From assembly GCA_964476375.1 (NCBI GenBank), contig CAYYZW010000196.1, positions 2,282 through 66,281 of the forward strand: a stretch of 64,000 nucleotides of DNA, given 5' to 3'. Source of the DNA: an uncultured Pirellulaceae bacterium. GTDB lineage: Bacteria > Planctomycetota > Planctomycetia > Pirellulales > Pirellulaceae. A model generated the notes under the pieces. The model saw only the letters and a list, made by a program, of their open reading frames with translations, had not been told where the DNA came from and did not search any database. Positions 8,201-18,281 of the stretch are shown here, piece by piece. The number at the start of each line of letters is the position of its first letter. The first letter of the stretch is position 1. Made by a program: the position numbers and the translations under genes.

Positions 8201-10882
8201 ATGCGAATCCCCGCCGAGCGATATATCACCCCGCCACTTGTTTTCCTGCTGGCATTTGTCAGCGGTCTGCTCTCGGTGCAGGCCAGGGATCGCCAGGCGT
8301 CAGGACAGCCCTCTTACGAACAAGACGTGCGACCGATCTTCAAGGCCAACTGTTTTCATTGCCATGGCGAGGGAGAGGAACTCAAGGGGGGGCTCGACTT
8401 GCGGCTTCGCCGGCTGATTGTCGTGGGTGGTGAATCCGGACCGGCCGTGGTTCCCGGGGATGCCGATGAGAGCCTGCTTTTCCAGCATGTCAGCGCCGAC
8501 CAGATGCCCCCGGAGGAGGTGGAAAAGCGGCTGACCGGTGATGAGATTGCCCTGATTGGTCGCTGGATCAAGTCCGGGGCCCAGACGCTGCGTCCCGAGC
8601 CGGATCAGCTTGGCGACGAGCCTTACTTCACCGAGCAGGAAAGATCGTTCTGGGCCTTCCAGCCGATCAAGCGGATCAAGCCGCCCCAGGTTCGACAGCA
8701 GAATCGAGTGCGTAACCCGGTAGACCAGTTCCTGCTGGCCCGGCTTGAGCAGCAGGGGCTTGCCTACTCGGACGAGGCAGATCGGGCAACGCTTGTTCGC
8801 CGCGCTTACTTTGATCTGCTGGGGATTCCCCCCTCCCCGGCCGCCGTGGAGTCCTTTCTCTCGGATTCCAGCCCGGATGCCTATGACCGGCTCGTCGACC
8901 GGCTGCTCAGTTCTCCTGCTTACGGAGAACGCTGGGCACGCCACTGGCTGGACGTGGCAGGCTATGCCGATTCAGAAGGGGTGGTGGACGATGACCCGGT
9001 TCGAGCAAATGCTTTTCGCTATCGTGACTGGGTCATCAGCAGCATGGATGCCGACATGCCCCTGGACCAGTTCATCCGCCAGCAACTTGCTGGTGACGAG
9101 ATGGTTGGCCGGAAGCTGGAGAACCTGACGGCCGATGAAGTCAGTAAACTGACCGCGACGGGATTCCTGCGGATGGCACCGGATGGCACCGGGTCAGGAG
9201 ATGTGAACCAGGATGCGGCCAGGAATGCCGTTGTCTCCGAGACGATCAAGATTGTCTCGACCTCGCTGCTGGGGATCACGGTTGGCTGTGCCCAGTGTCA
9301 CAACCACCGCTATGATCCTATCAGCCAGGAGGATTATTACCGGCTGCGAGCGATCTTTGAGCCGGCCCTGGACTGGAAAAAATGGAAGTCACCAGGGGGC
9401 CGCCAGATCTCACTTTATACCGATGAAGATCGAGCGACATCCGCACGGGTCGAGGAGGAAGCGAAGAAGATTGACCAGGAACGACTGAAGAAGCAGTCGG
9501 ACTACATCCAGCAGACTTTTGAGAAGGAGCTCGCAAAGCTCCCGGAAGAGTTACGGGGTCCAATCCGCCAGGCCAGGGAGACGGCCGAAAAGGACAGGTC
9601 CGATGAACAAAAGCAGTTGCTCAAGGACAATCCCAGTGTCAATGTTTCGGCCGGCTCACTTTACCTTTACGACCAGAAGGCAGCCGATGACCTGAAGAGC
9701 TACACCGACCGGGCCACGAAGGTCCGTGAGACAAAACCCGAGGAGCGTTTTGTGAGGGCTCTGACGGAACCGATCAACCAGGATCCACCGGCAACCTTTG
9801 TCTTTTTCCGGGGGGATGTGAGCCAGCCTCGACAGCAGGTGACGGCTGCGGAACTGCCGATCCTGGATTCAGGCCAGGCCTCGCTTCTCCCGGAGAATGA
9901 TGAATCCCTGCCTACCACGGGACGCCGGCTTGCCTATGCCCGCTGGCTTACCAGTGGATCCCACCCGCTCGTCTCGAGAGTGCTGGTTAACCGGGTCTGG
10001 ATGCACCATTTTGGCCGCGGTATTGTGAATACCCCCGGGGATTTTGGTTACCTGGGAGTACGGCCGACCCACCCGGAACTGCTTGACTGGCTGGCCAGCG
10101 AGTTTGTGGAGCAGGGCTGGAGCCTGAAAAAACTTCACAGGCTGATGATGCTCTCCACGGCCTACCGACAGCAGTCGACGCGCAGCCCCGAGAAGGATGC
10201 CGTGGACGCGGATAACGAGCTTCTCTCCCGGATGGCAATGCGGAGGCTGGACGCGGAATCCCTGCGGGATGCGATCCTGGTCATCAACAAGAAATATAAT
10301 TCTCACCGGTACGGGCCACCCGTTCCGGTGATGGCGGACAAGGTTGGCCAGTTTGTTATCGGGATTGAAAACCTCAATGCCGGGCGGCCAGGAGCGGTGC
10401 TTCCGATGAAAGGGGAGGATTTCCGCCGCAGTGTTTATGTCCAGGTTCGTCGAAGCCGGCCGCTGGGAATGCTTGGTGTCTTTGACGCGGCGATCCTGGA
10501 GCCAAACTGCACCCAGAGGACCCAGTCGACCGTGACGCCCCAGGCACTGATGATGATGAATGGACGTTTTGTGCGTACCCAGTCCATTTACCTTGCCGAG
10601 CAGATCCAGCGAGAGGCGGGCAGGGATCTTGCCCCGCAGGTCAAACAGGCATGGCAGCTTGTCTACAGCCGGACAGCCGGGGAGCGGGAGCTGGAAGAAG
10701 CCGTCGAACTTCTCGCGCAGCTGGTAGAATATTTTGAAGAGCTCCTGGCCGACAAGGAGAAGGCAGGTGATAGCAGTGGTGACCTGGCAGAGCCAGTCAC
10801 CTCCAGTGACCCACAGGTCGAGGCCCTGGCAACGTTATGCCAGGCATTATTGAGTTCGAGCGAATTTCTTTACGTGGATTGA
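8201..10882 (+). CDS. PSCyt1 + DUF1549 (PSCyt2) + DUF1553 (PSD1) domain protein, 'class I'
   Basis: 893 aa with a signal peptide. It has an N-terminal planctomycete cytochrome-c motif ([18 protein letters not shown]), a DUF1549-type [12 protein letters not shown], and a DUF1553-type C-terminus ending SSEFLYVD. Confidence 0.85.
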   Translation: MRIPAERYITPPLVFLLAFVSGLLSVQARDRQASGQPSYEQDVRPIFKANCFHCHGEGEELKGGLDLRLRRLIVVGGESGPAVVPGDADESLLFQHVSADQMPPEEVEKRLTGDEIALIGRWIKSGAQTLRPEPDQLGDEPYFTEQERSFWAFQPIKRIKPPQVRQQNRVRNPVDQFLLARLEQQGLAYSDEADRATLVRRAYFDLLGIPPSPAAVESFLSDSSPDAYDRLVDRLLSSPAYGERWARHWLDVAGYADSEGVVDDDPVRANAFRYRDWVISSMDADMPLDQFIRQQLAGDEMVGRKLENLTADEVSKLTATGFLRMAPDGTGSGDVNQDAARNAVVSETIKIVSTSLLGITVGCAQCHNHRYDPISQEDYYRLRAIFEPALDWKKWKSPGGRQISLYTDEDRATSARVEEEAKKIDQERLKKQSDYIQQTFEKELAKLPEELRGPIRQARETAEKDRSDEQKQLLKDNPSVNVSAGSLYLYDQKAADDLKSYTDRATKVRETKPEERFVRALTEPINQDPPATFVFFRGDVSQPRQQVTAAELPILDSGQASLLPENDESLPTTGRRLAYARWLTSGSHPLVSRVLVNRVWMHHFGRGIVNTPGDFGYLGVRPTHPELLDWLASEFVEQGWSLKKLHRLMMLSTAYRQQSTRSPEKDAVDADNELLSRMAMRRLDAESLRDAILVINKKYNSHRYGPPVPVMADKVGQFVIGIENLNAGRPGAVLPMKGEDFRRSVYVQVRRSRPLGMLGVFDAAILEPNCTQRTQSTVTPQALMMMNGRFVRTQSIYLAEQIQREAGRDLAPQVKQAWQLVYSRTAGERELEEAVELLAQLVEYFEELLADKEKAGDSSGDLAEPVTSSDPQVEALATLCQALLSSSEFLYVD

Positions 10883-10897
10883 AACAGGATCCAGGTC

Positions 10898-12340
10898 ATG
10901 AACCAGGAAATCAACCGGCAATCAACACGACGTCATTTCCTCTCCTCCAGTGCGATGGGTTTGAGCAGCGTGGCGCTATCATGCCTGCTACTGGAAGAGC
11001 AGTTGCAGGCCACCCCGCGAAAGCCAGGTACACAACCTGCCGCCTTTGACCTGGTCGCCAAGCAGCCGCACCATGCACCGCGAGCCAAGTCCGTGATCTC
11101 GCTGTGGATGCAGGGTGGGCCAAGCCATATTGACCTGTTCGATCCCAAGCCAAAACTTAATGAACTGGACGGGCAGAAGTTTCCCGGCAAGGTCAAGTAT
11201 GACAATGCGGCACAGGCAAGTGCCCGGGTCCTTGGTTGCCCCTGGAAATTCTCAAAGCACGGCGAATCCGGCATGGAGATTTCAGAACTGCTGCCAGGCA
11301 CGGCGGGCATCGCTGACGATATCACGTTGATTCGTTCCATGCACACGGGCGTCAACAACCATGGCCAGTCGATCCGGGCCCTGACCAATGGCACGACCCT
11401 TGGGGGCCAGCCTGCCCTGGGAAGCTGGGTCAGCTATGGTCTGGGTTCGGAAACCACGGATCTGCCGGCTTACCTTGCATTGATCGATCCGGGCCAGTTG
11501 CCGGTGATGGGTGTGGAGAACTGGAGCAATGGTTACCTGCCGTCGCTTTACCAGGGAACCGTTATCCGGCCTCGAGAGCCAAGAATTCTGAACCTGACCG
11601 CTCCCCAGAGAATGCGAGGCAGGCCCCAGGAACTCTATCTCCAGTTCCTGGAGAACTTGAATCGTTATCACCAGCTTGAGCGACCCGGGGAACTTGACCT
11701 GGACGCACGGACAAGTGTCTACCGCCTGGCATCCCGCATGCAAGTTGCCGCCCGCGAGGCACTGGATCTCAGCCAGGAGACCGAGGCGACCAAGAAGCTT
11801 TACGGGATGGATGATCCGGCAACCGCGGAGTATGGCTCGCGATGCCTGGTTGCCAGGCGAATGGTGGAGCGAGGGGTCCGTTTTATACAGGTCTTCACAC
11901 AAAACCAGTTCTGGGATCACCATGGTGGCATCCAGAAGAGCCTGCCGGCGGCCTGCAAGAAGGTCGATAAACCCTCGGCTGCCCTGGTGACGGACTTGAA
12001 ACAGCGCGGACTGCTTGACAGCACGGTCGTTCACTGGGGGGGTGAGATGGGCCGGTTGCCGGTGGTTCAGAACGAAGCCAATATCGGCCGGGATCACAAC
12101 ACCTACGGTTTCAGCATGTGGGTTGCCGGAGGAGGTTTCAAGGGCGGCTGCGTGTATGGTGAGACCGACGAGTTCGGCCACAAGGCGGTGGAGAATGTCG
12201 TTAACCACTACGACTACCACGCCACGCTTCTTCACCTGCTCGGCCTCGATCCTGACAAGCTGGTGTACGAGCATAATGGCCGGGAGCGCAAGCTGATCTC
12301 CCAGAATCCGGGCCGGATTGTCAAGGAGATCCTTGCCTGA
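10898..12340 (+). CDS. DUF1501 domain protein (sulfatase/alkaline-phosphatase-like fold), Tat-exported
   Basis: 480 aa. Twin-arginine STRRHFLSS, then WMQGGPSHIDLFDPKP, and IGRDHNTYGFSMWVAGGG near the C-terminus. It starts 15 nt after the PSD gene. Confidence 0.85.
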   Translation: MNQEINRQSTRRHFLSSSAMGLSSVALSCLLLEEQLQATPRKPGTQPAAFDLVAKQPHHAPRAKSVISLWMQGGPSHIDLFDPKPKLNELDGQKFPGKVKYDNAAQASARVLGCPWKFSKHGESGMEISELLPGTAGIADDITLIRSMHTGVNNHGQSIRALTNGTTLGGQPALGSWVSYGLGSETTDLPAYLALIDPGQLPVMGVENWSNGYLPSLYQGTVIRPREPRILNLTAPQRMRGRPQELYLQFLENLNRYHQLERPGELDLDARTSVYRLASRMQVAAREALDLSQETEATKKLYGMDDPATAEYGSRCLVARRMVERGVRFIQVFTQNQFWDHHGGIQKSLPAACKKVDKPSAALVTDLKQRGLLDSTVVHWGGEMGRLPVVQNEANIGRDHNTYGFSMWVAGGGFKGGCVYGETDEFGHKAVENVVNHYDYHATLLHLLGLDPDKLVYEHNGRERKLISQNPGRIVKEILA

Positions 12341-12362
12341 GCGGGGATCTCCGGCTTTCAGG

Positions 12363-14540
12363 TTACTCCAGCCACTTGAGTCCTTCGGCCAGGCCGGGGC
12401 GGGTCACAACGCTTTCTGCCTTCCCCCGGATCTTGTAGATATCCCCGGTTAATGTCGGGATGTCATCTCCTTCGCCAAGAATGCAGAGTTCTTGTGGTGC
12501 ATTGAGTGCCAGCAGTCCAGGCAGGTCGCCATAGCGAACAACGCCCGGCAGGAATTGAGGATCTCTCCAGCTCTTCAGGTCGACAAAACGAAACCCGCCC
12601 GTGTCGATCACGGCCTTGCTGACCACCTTGCCGGATTGGAATCGAGCTGCAGCAGCAACCGGGCCGGCACTGCCGGTGGCAATCAGGTGAATATCTTTTG
12701 TGCCATGGTCATCCTGGCTGACGAAGGCAATCAGTGTCAGCACGTCATGGACGCGCTGGGCAAAGAGCGTGTGGTTGTATGCATAGGTGAAGGCAGCGAC
12801 CTGTCGCTCATTAGCGACCTTGCGCTGCTCGCTGAGAGGCTTGCCATCGGCCAGGAATTCTCCCTGGTGGAGAAGGTCCGCGGAAAGGACAGCGTAACCC
12901 CCGGCGAGCAGATCCTTGACTTCCTGCCGGACAGAGTCGCCGTCATAAAGTGCCTGCTTGCCGTCCCCGTCAATCCAGATCACGACCGTGCCATTCCACT
13001 CGTTTTTGGTGGGAAAGAAAGAGACGACGGGCAGTTCTTCGCCCGCCTGCTTGTATCTCACCAGGTCACCGAACTCGAGATAATCACCGCGATCGATTTT
13101 TTGAACCTTCTCTCGCTCGAGATCTGCCGAGCCCGGCAAGGCCCGCCCGATCGTGATATCCATGGCTCCACCAAAGATCTTCTGGAAAGCCTGGAACGGT
13201 TTCTTGGCGTCAAAGACATTGTCCTGGATGCTGTCGGCTGCCAGCTTATCCATCCGCGCGAGGAGCTTTCGTTCGTAGCCCTCGCCTCCCTCGGGAGCCT
13301 TGTGATCGCCTGTCCAGACAGAAGACTCCTCCGCGGAAAGAGGTTCCCAGTCCTCCTCGATGATCGGCTCGTCGAGGCCAAGCTTCATGTGGAGATTGAA
13401 CCAGCGGTACATGATCGCCCGGGAGACGTAGTTGTAGTTATGGCCAAAGTGCAAAAGCTCCTTGGAAAAGACGTTCTCCTTGACTCCATAAAGCGAGTAG
13501 AGCTGCTGGAGTTCGGGATAACCCTTTGTTTGAATCTCCTTGGTCCAGTCATTGGCCCCGGTCATCGCCAGGGGCCGCGGGGCAAACAGGCCGGCCAGTT
13601 CCACGTTGCCCGAGTCAACTCGTAAGAGCACGCAGTTCTCACAGGTGCAGCCTCCCTGCATGGCGGTCGAAACCATCCCGTTCGGAAAAGAGACAATCGG
13701 GCGTGAGTCAATCGCACCCAGCAGGATGGTCTGGGTTCCCCCGCCACTTCCCCCGGTCACACCAATCCTTTTTGGATCCACGTCCGGCAGGGCGCTGAGA
13801 AAATCAAGTGCCCGGATGGCATTCCAGGTCTGAAGCCCCATGATGCTCTGGTTGCGGAGTTCCGCCTGGGCCGTAAAAAATCCCCAGGCATCCTTCGATT
13901 CCATCTGGGGGCGTGCATCCCGCAGCCGGTGGGCAACCGCCATCCCGATTTGCTGGCTGTCGACGTATCCTTCCATGTCGAAGATGAATGTCACGCATCC
14001 CATCCGTGCCAGCTGGGCACAGCGAGCCAGCTTGGGTGTCTTGCCCGACTTCTCGAATTTTTCATCGCCGCTGGCAATCAGCGTGGTGATTTTGTCGCCA
14101 TGGTTCTGCATGCGGCCACCGTGGCCGTGGGGACAGAGCACGGCCGGTCGGTTGGATCCCTCTCCCGCGGGCCGGAACAGCAAGCCGCTGACAAAGTGCC
14201 CCGGGTAACTCTGGAAGTAGACCTTTTCCACGGTAAAACCGTCCCGAACGGTCTTGCCGTGCAGGACCGGCTCCAGGGGTGTCCTCTCCGGCAGCGGCCA
14301 GAGGCCGTTGGCGACCAGGATGCGGCGACGCAGCTGCTCGGCTCGCTGTTCCCATTTTTCCCGTGTTGCGGGGACCGTGAAGGGGAAGTAGCCGTTCAGG
14401 TGATGGAGTTCACCAAGCCGCGCATCCCGGGGTGTGGATCCAGGCGACGTGACCCGCAGCCCCTCTGGCCAGGCCGTCCCGGGGAGCAGGAGCGAGGCAA
14501 GCATCAGGACGGAAATGGTTTTCAGCGCGCGCTGGAGCAT
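12363..14540 (-). CDS. Secreted alpha/beta hydrolase (acetyl xylan esterase / dienelactone hydrolase-like) with a large C-terminal extension
   Basis: 725 aa with a signal peptide. It has a nucleophile elbow GVTGGSGGG and a CPHGHGG motif. The N-terminal half resembles AXE1-type esterases common in Planctomycetota. Confidence 0.6.
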   Translation of the reverse strand: MLQRALKTISVLMLASLLLPGTAWPEGLRVTSPGSTPRDARLGELHHLNGYFPFTVPATREKWEQRAEQLRRRILVANGLWPLPERTPLEPVLHGKTVRDGFTVEKVYFQSYPGHFVSGLLFRPAGEGSNRPAVLCPHGHGGRMQNHGDKITTLIASGDEKFEKSGKTPKLARCAQLARMGCVTFIFDMEGYVDSQQIGMAVAHRLRDARPQMESKDAWGFFTAQAELRNQSIMGLQTWNAIRALDFLSALPDVDPKRIGVTGGSGGGTQTILLGAIDSRPIVSFPNGMVSTAMQGGCTCENCVLLRVDSGNVELAGLFAPRPLAMTGANDWTKEIQTKGYPELQQLYSLYGVKENVFSKELLHFGHNYNYVSRAIMYRWFNLHMKLGLDEPIIEEDWEPLSAEESSVWTGDHKAPEGGEGYERKLLARMDKLAADSIQDNVFDAKKPFQAFQKIFGGAMDITIGRALPGSADLEREKVQKIDRGDYLEFGDLVRYKQAGEELPVVSFFPTKNEWNGTVVIWIDGDGKQALYDGDSVRQEVKDLLAGGYAVLSADLLHQGEFLADGKPLSEQRKVANERQVAAFTYAYNHTLFAQRVHDVLTLIAFVSQDDHGTKDIHLIATGSAGPVAAAARFQSGKVVSKAVIDTGGFRFVDLKSWRDPQFLPGVVRYGDLPGLLALNAPQELCILGEGDDIPTLTGDIYKIRGKAESVVTRPGLAEGLKWLE

Positions 14541-14590
14541 GGAGTGTCCCTTTCACGAGGCGGGTTATCAGTTCTATGCAGCCCCCGGGG

Positions 14591-15928
14591 CTAGTCGAGC
14601 TTCTTGATCTCGATGTTCCGAAACATCACGGGATCATTGTGTCCGGCAAAACCAAAGTGTCCCTTGGCGAGGTCCTTGCCAGGATGCTGCTTGACCTTGC
14701 CCGGGTCGGTGATCGTGCTCAGGTCGGTGTCCAGGATGATCGATCCGTTCAGCTCGACCTTGATCGTGGATCCCTTGACCGTTACCTCCTGGTAATTCCA
14801 CTGCCCGGCAGGTCGCAGGTAACCCTGGGCGGCCGGGACCATGCCGTATGCCGAGCCATGAAACTGGTAGGGAGCCAGTTTTCCCGGGTAGCCGGTGTCC
14901 AGCACCTGCAGTTCACACATCCCAGCGTAAGCCGGGTTTCCCTGGCCTGGATAACGGATGGCAAGCCCGTTGTTACCGGCCGGGGGTAACTTGATCTCCA
15001 GCCTGACAACGAAATCACCATATTCTTCCTCGGTGAAGAGGTTACCACCCTTGCCCTTTTTGCAGAGGATCGCACCGTCCACGACCTCGTAGTTGTCGAT
15101 GGCACCGGCCCAGCCGTCCAGGTTCTTACCATTAAAGACCGAGGTGAATTCACTTCCGGAATTTTCATGCAGGATCTTGTTGGCTTCCTCGGTACCGATT
15201 TCACGGACAAAGACGTTTCGCCAGCGAATCTCGCCACCATGCGTCTGTAACTGGATCGGGCCATGATGGAAAAGTGGGCGTTTGCGATCGAAGTAATTCT
15301 CCAGTGTCGCATGATCGACGATCAGCTTCTTGTTCAGCCAGACAGTGGTGCGTGCACCCACCTGGCGGATGCGGAAACTATTCCACTCTCCCAGCTTGTT
15401 GTCAGCCAGGACGAGCGGGTCTTTTCCCTTGGCTCCCTTGCTGTTGTTCCAGAGTCCCCCGGATCCCTTGTCGCCCCCGATTCCAAATTTACCCGGATCG
15501 GTGTAATCCCAGATCTGCACCTGGGGGACACCCTTGAGGTAAATGCCACTATCGGCCTTGGGGACCGTCTTGTAGTCAATCAGCAGCTCGTAGTCGGAGA
15601 ATTCCTTTTCCGTGGTCAGGTACAAGCCATGGCCGTCGTTGACGATCACATCGCCATCAATGCTCCAGTGCTCATTGATGTCCTTGCGACTCTCATCCTT
15701 GTAGGCCTTTTGCTCCTCGGCACTCATCTTCCACAACTCCTCCGGGTTCTTGGTACTCCAGCCGTACCAGTTGGAGAGGTCTTTTCCGTTGAACAGCGAT
15801 GTGAAGCCCTTGGGTGCCTTGATCTCTGCAGACAGGCTGGAGGCAGGCACGAGCAGTAGCGAAACGATGGCGAGTGTCAGGAAAGAACGGGTATTCACGG
15901 TCGAGTCTCCTTTGGGGTTTTTATTCAA
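14591..15928 (-). CDS. Tandem DUF1080 (3-keto-disaccharide hydrolase family) protein, secreted
   Basis: 445 aa with two repeats, each opening with F[TS]SLFNGK(D/N)L..W. The protein ends with GHFGFAGHNDPVMFRNIEIKKL, typical of DUF1080. Confidence 0.8.
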   Translation of the reverse strand: MNKNPKGDSTVNTRSFLTLAIVSLLLVPASSLSAEIKAPKGFTSLFNGKDLSNWYGWSTKNPEELWKMSAEEQKAYKDESRKDINEHWSIDGDVIVNDGHGLYLTTEKEFSDYELLIDYKTVPKADSGIYLKGVPQVQIWDYTDPGKFGIGGDKGSGGLWNNSKGAKGKDPLVLADNKLGEWNSFRIRQVGARTTVWLNKKLIVDHATLENYFDRKRPLFHHGPIQLQTHGGEIRWRNVFVREIGTEEANKILHENSGSEFTSVFNGKNLDGWAGAIDNYEVVDGAILCKKGKGGNLFTEEEYGDFVVRLEIKLPPAGNNGLAIRYPGQGNPAYAGMCELQVLDTGYPGKLAPYQFHGSAYGMVPAAQGYLRPAGQWNYQEVTVKGSTIKVELNGSIILDTDLSTITDPGKVKQHPGKDLAKGHFGFAGHNDPVMFRNIEIKKLD

Positions 15929-15943
15929 AGTTGAGCAGGTGGT

Positions 15944-16858
15944 CTAAACATCACACCACGCCAGGGCTTCCTTGAGTCCTTCAAGTGGATCACGTGTGGG
16001 GATAAATTCCTGCCCCACGTATCCCTCGTATCCTATATCGAGAAGCGCCTGCATGCAGGCGGCATAGTTGATCTCCTGGGTCTCATCCAGTTCCGCACGC
16101 CCGGGATTTCCGGCCGTGTGGATGTGGGCGATGACATCCTTGTGCTCGTGAATGCGACGGATCACATCCCCGTCCATGATCTGTACGTGGTAAATATCAA
16201 ACAGCAGTTTCAGGTGGCTGGAGCCGACGGCCTTGATGATGTCCACGCAGTACTCGGTCTTGTCCCCCTGGTAGCCTGGATGGCCTTTCATGGGGTGTGT
16301 GTCATCACGGGTATTGAGCATTTCCAGGCAGATCGTGACATCCTTCTGTTCGGCATAGTCAACAATCTTCTTGTATCCCTCGACACAGTTGGCGGCACCC
16401 TCTTCCTTGCTCAGGCCCTCGGCAAACCCGGTAAAGGAGATACATCGCTTGAAACCGTGTTCGGCACAGGCATCGATCGTGTCACGAGTCGCCTGGATCA
16501 CTTCCTCGTGGTACTTGGGATTGTTGAATCCCTTTTCGAACGGGGGCCCTCCCTCGATCTTGATCGAGGCAATCGCGCACTCCAGTCCGTGCTCCTTGAG
16601 CAGGGGGAAATAGGTCGGGCTGATAAGCTCCACGCTCTCACAACCGAGCTGCTTGGCCAGCGGGATGAGTTCCTCCGGCTTCCAGTAAGGAGCGAAACAC
16701 CAGCCAACAACGGATTGCTTAATGCGACCCTTCTTGATGATCTTTTTCACGCCCTTTTTTCCTTCTGCCGACGCACTGGCAGCGACCAGGGCGGAACCGG
16801 CAACAGCGGCCCCGGCAGATTGAATCAGTTGGCGCCGGTTCATCGATTTCATTGTCAT
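15944..16858 (-). CDS. Sugar phosphate isomerase/epimerase (xylose isomerase-like TIM barrel), Tat-exported
   Basis: 304 aa. Tat signal MNRRQLIQSAGAAVAGSALVAASASA. TIM-barrel family motifs are present (CESVELISP, VTICLEMLN, DIYHVQIMDGD, HIHTAG). Confidence 0.8.
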   Translation of the reverse strand: MTMKSMNRRQLIQSAGAAVAGSALVAASASAEGKKGVKKIIKKGRIKQSVVGWCFAPYWKPEELIPLAKQLGCESVELISPTYFPLLKEHGLECAIASIKIEGGPPFEKGFNNPKYHEEVIQATRDTIDACAEHGFKRCISFTGFAEGLSKEEGAANCVEGYKKIVDYAEQKDVTICLEMLNTRDDTHPMKGHPGYQGDKTEYCVDIIKAVGSSHLKLLFDIYHVQIMDGDVIRRIHEHKDVIAHIHTAGNPGRAELDETQEINYAACMQALLDIGYEGYVGQEFIPTRDPLEGLKEALAWCDV

Positions 16859-16954
16859 GGTCCTTTTGAGCTTCTCTTGCTGCAGCGACAGCTATTAGTG
16901 ATAGGGGAGGTAGTACCCTGAATCAAGCATCCAACAGGGAAAGTCGCCAGGTAG

Positions 16955-18100
16955 TTAATTCCCGGCCGCGTAGGGCAGGAACTGGCCAACCTGCTCGTAG
17001 AGCTGCTGGTACTTCTCGAGTTTTCCCTGGTCCACCTCCACCCCCAGTCCAGGCTTGTCGATCCATCCCCAGCTGGCGCCGTCACAAATCGGGATTCGCT
17101 CGGTGAGAATGTCGTCCTCCATCATGGCAGCAGTCTGCTGGGCCCCGTCTGACGCATTGGGAATACTCAGCATGACGTGTTGTCCCGCCGCCGCCGCCAG
17201 CCCCAGTTCCCCGTGGGTGTGCTTGCAGACAAGCTGACCTTCCAGGTGGGCGACATGGCAGAGCTGGTGAAAGCTGCGGATGGATCCGGTCCAGTAGGCA
17301 CTGAAGCAGAGCACCTCGGCACAACGGCTCTTGATCAGCCGGTACGCCTCGGGCACTGTCCAGAGTCCCTCGTTGGCACAGATCCGTACCGCCGTCTGGT
17401 TTTTCAGATCCAGCGTGTTTTCCAGTGGCTGGATCGGCACCGGCGCCTCGACAAAGTCAATTTCAAATTCTGCGTGCCAGCTGGCCAGGATGCCGCGAGC
17501 CTGGCCGACGGTCCAGGCCTGGTTGGCATCGATACGGATTTTTCGCTGTGGACCAATCGTGTCACGGATGGCCCGCAGCATCTCCGTTTCGGCGGCCGTG
17601 TCGATTCCCACCTTGAGATAAAAACAGTCGTGCCCTCTTTCCACGCCCTGCTGGCATTGCTGCTGGAGATCCTCGGGGGTGCCCTGGGCCAGGTAACAGA
17701 AATAATCGACACTCTCCCGCTCGGCCCCGCCCAGCAGCCGGTAGACCGGCTCACCTGACTGCTTGCCGCAGAGGTCCATCAGGGCCTGGTCGATGCCGGC
17801 AAAGGCAAAGTTGGCGGACATGGGACGATGGTCCCAGAGTGCCGTGTGGTAGTACTCGCGAGCAATCGCCCCTCCGTTCCAGGGGTTCTTTCCAAGCAGG
17901 AAGGGTCGTGCTGCCTGGACCGCCATTTCAATCGTGGCCGCATCGGGGCCGACGGTGGTTTCTCCCCAGCCGACGAGGCCATTGTCACAGGTAAGTTTCA
18001 CGATTACCGCGGTCACGCCCCCCCGCTGAACGCGCGTGCTGACCTCGACGTGCTTGTAGGGCACGCTGACCAGGTATGTCTCCATTTCAGTTATTTTCAT
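16955..18100 (-). CDS. Enolase superfamily enzyme (mandelate racemase/muconate lactonizing enzyme family; probable sugar-acid dehydratase)
   Basis: 381 aa. It has a typical N-terminus MKITEMETYLVSVP and metal-ligand contexts KIRIDANQAW, FVEAP and ICANEG. Confidence 0.8.
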   Translation of the reverse strand: MKITEMETYLVSVPYKHVEVSTRVQRGGVTAVIVKLTCDNGLVGWGETTVGPDAATIEMAVQAARPFLLGKNPWNGGAIAREYYHTALWDHRPMSANFAFAGIDQALMDLCGKQSGEPVYRLLGGAERESVDYFCYLAQGTPEDLQQQCQQGVERGHDCFYLKVGIDTAAETEMLRAIRDTIGPQRKIRIDANQAWTVGQARGILASWHAEFEIDFVEAPVPIQPLENTLDLKNQTAVRICANEGLWTVPEAYRLIKSRCAEVLCFSAYWTGSIRSFHQLCHVAHLEGQLVCKHTHGELGLAAAAGQHVMLSIPNASDGAQQTAAMMEDDILTERIPICDGASWGWIDKPGLGVEVDQGKLEKYQQLYEQVGQFLPYAAGN

Positions 18101-18281
18101 CGATTGCCTTCCAGGCAGTATCCAGGAGTTTTTCGTCCCCGGCTGTCAGTTGGACGCCTTCCTCGGCAGGCGGCAGGTCGGCGTTACCGCGCAGGGCATG
18201 CCAACACAATATCATCAGCACGGCAACGGCGGAAGCAATCGAGAGTCCATGCCAGGCAGTCAGTAACCAGGTCGGCATCAT
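18087..18281 (-). CDS. Small single-TM protein, translationally coupled between the symporter and the enolase-family gene
   Basis: 64 aa with one hydrophobic helix (LLTAWHGLSIASAVAVLMILCW). Its ATG overlaps the symporter stop (ATGA), and its last 14 nt overlap the enolase-family start. Confidence 0.55.
   Translation of the reverse strand: MMPTWLLTAWHGLSIASAVAVLMILCWHALRGNADLPPAEEGVQLTAGDEKLLDTAWKAIDENN

Noticed and set aside
12341-12362. Possible hairpin terminator between the convergent genes 10898-12340 and 12363-14540.
   Set aside because: The candidate stem (GCGGGGA/TCTCCGGC) has mismatches and essentially no loop, and no T-tract follows.
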